From the NCBI GenBank assembly GCA_047495785.1, contig JBLDXI010000009.1:1488001-1552000 (forward strand): 64,000 nt of DNA, written 5' to 3'. A program made the translations under genes and the position numbers. This document shows, piece by piece, positions 62,371-64,000 of this stretch. Under the pieces are notes generated by a model that was not told the origin of the DNA, did not search any database, and saw only the letters and a program-made list of their open reading frames with translations. How positions within the stretch are numbered: position 1 is the stretch's first letter; each line of letters opens with the position of its first letter. The DNA is from Lepidodermella squamata (taxonomy: Eukaryota > Animalia > Gastrotricha).

Positions 62371-63490
62371 GTATGTTACTAAACACAACTTTGCATTAGT
62401 ATCGAACTAAAAATAAAAATAACTACCCGCTAACTGCGCGTTCTCGGCCAAATGACGTTTCAAATCAACGTGATCACGATTGGTGCAGTTGATTGAATCG
62501 TCAACGCGGCCATGATCTCCAAAAGAGGCTGATACGAAGTAAAATAACAATGCTTTAACAAGAGTTGTATGCAATTTCAGCATCCTATTAGTTTAGGGAA
62601 AATATATAAAATATAAAATAGGATATCAACTAGTAGTGAAGTAAGTGACCTTTATTCAATTGTCACAACAGACTGTAGAATAGTTTGTTTGAAGTCCGGT
62701 TGCGTTAAATGCCTCTTTGTGCGCAGATAAAAACGTAAATGGGCTAGAGTTTAATTTAATTTTCACAAGTCTAAGAACGGGCTCGAGGAAAGAGATTAGG
62801 GGAAAAAGAGGGTTGTGCTAAAGGATTTCTTGTAACTATGGCGTTAGCTGTTCAAACCCACGAGAGGAGAAGAGTTCAGATGTCAGAGTTAGAGAATTTA
62901 GTAGATAATATATAATGAATAGAGTGGATAAATTGCTGCACCACATTCAATGCTGCTCAAACCTTTATTTTGGGTTCAGAAGGCTCGACGGGTGGGAAAG
63001 TTATCTGGATTCTTCGACAAAGAGCATAAAAATGACTTGAGCGCTTTAATATATTTAAATAGCTCGTCTTCCTGGGAATAATGGGCTGTTTTCCAACGGT
63101 CCGGAGTGAAGCATGGCCATTCTGCAGCCTAAAAATGATGTTTGGTACTCCTCTATTTGCAACTGCTTTTCAGATAGGCGCTGTCCCACCTAACAAGCTT
63201 TCCAAGCCGCCATCTTCGCAACAATAGCGAATTCGCTCTATTTCTTTACATCTGAATATTCAGTTAACTAAGCTATTAAAAGATATGTAACCGATATCAA
63301 GTCAATCATATGCTGGAAACAGTTTTTTAACACCGCCTTGGGTCCAAGATACCAAGGTATTGGACTTCGAAGAGATGATCTCGATCTCGAACTTCTATCA
63401 ATTTGAATTTCCCGTCAAAATAGATTGACATAAAATAACCTAAAACTATTATTATTAATTTTTACATATTATATTATTTGAATTGATAAA

Positions 63491-64000
63491 ATGTTATTTT
63501 TCATGAATCACCATCTTTCAGGCTTGGTTGGCGACGGGCCGAAGTTGCATCGACGGCGTGAAGCTTGCTTGGAACAAGCCTACCTGGGCCACTCTCAGGT
63601 CTTCCGATATTTTTATGTTATTTTGATTTATCAGACCCATCATTCCAAGCGCATCTCCAATCTTGATTTCTTTGGCGATCACTTTGTCCTAAGTTCTCCC
63701 AGTGAAGGAAAGATGCGAACTCCAGATTGGCCAACCTTAGGTCCGTTGGTTTTCTCCAGCGCCGCCGTATGTGCCAGCTGCATCGTTAGCATGGCTATAA
63801 CCCCTGTTTTATCTAAACGACCTTTGGAATCAATAGCTGTGCTTTGCCGTATATTTGTTTTGATTTTTCTTGGCTTCGTGGGCATCGCTGGGTTATGCGT
63901 TCCCGCTTGGTACTACTTGGAAATTGAGGGATCGTTTTCAGTCGATCCGAATCGTTGGCAGCAGGCGGATCATTTTGAGCTCGTTGAGTCCTCAAACTTC
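63491..64000 (+). CDS. Partial uncharacterised membrane protein running off the window end
   Basis: Stop-free frame 63491-64000, absent from the ORF track because it has no stop; hydrophobic stretches LVFSSAAVCASCIVSMAITPVL and IFVLIFLGFVGIAGLCVPAWYY; a possible upstream exon ends near 63356. Confidence 0.4.
   Translation, partial: MLFFMNHHLSGLVGDGPKLHRRREACLEQAYLGHSQVFRYFYVILIYQTHHSKRISNLDFFGDHFVLSSPSEGKMRTPDWPTLGPLVFSSAAVCASCIVSMAITPVLSKRPLESIAVLCRIFVLIFLGFVGIAGLCVPAWYYLEIEGSFSVDPNRWQQADHFELVESSNF

Noticed and set aside
1-64000. Prokaryotic features such as CRISPR arrays, defence islands or prophage
   Set aside because: Genes are eukaryotic with spliceosomal introns, and no repeat-spacer array was seen.
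1-64000. Many short or antisense entries in the ORF track (e.g. 13561-13848, 43571-43981, 49517-49921) and apparent frameshifts within genes
   Set aside because: They are shadows of real exons or exon-intron read-throughs; short GT-AG introns restore the frames, so these are not pseudogenes.

Overview
This is gene-dense eukaryotic (invertebrate animal-like) DNA with very short GT-AG introns of about 48-85 nt, so most ORF-track entries are exon fragments; I rebuilt the gene models by eye and did not identify the species. In order: a CUT-domain/dead ABC-F ATPase chimera; five tandem TesB/ACOT8-like acyl-CoA thioesterases; HIRA; PPP4C; two F-box/FBA genes; a 391-bp hAT-type MITE with 8-bp target-site duplication; five secreted cysteine-rich precursor genes; an S/N/T-rich orphan ORF; an ankyrin-SOCS-box gene; an RDH-type SDR; a GH3/GHDC gene; four divergent Cys-loop channel subunits; two AADAT paralogs flanking a MOLO-1-like gene and NUDT19; a tight minus-strand run POLG-TIMM8-PIGF-AADAT-NUDT19; a KChIP gene; and two orphan membrane-protein genes. 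The best candidate for an undescribed system is the secreted precursor cluster at 18.5-23.3 kb. It combines dibasic-flanked linear peptides (one 24-mer under strong purifying selection) with shuffled 6-Cys modules and a shared upstream motif. Also notable are the CUT/pseudo-ABCF fusion, the orphan channel cluster with an atypical pore near a MOLO-1-like gene, and signs of operon or trans-splicing organisation. All family calls come from motif recognition, not database searches.
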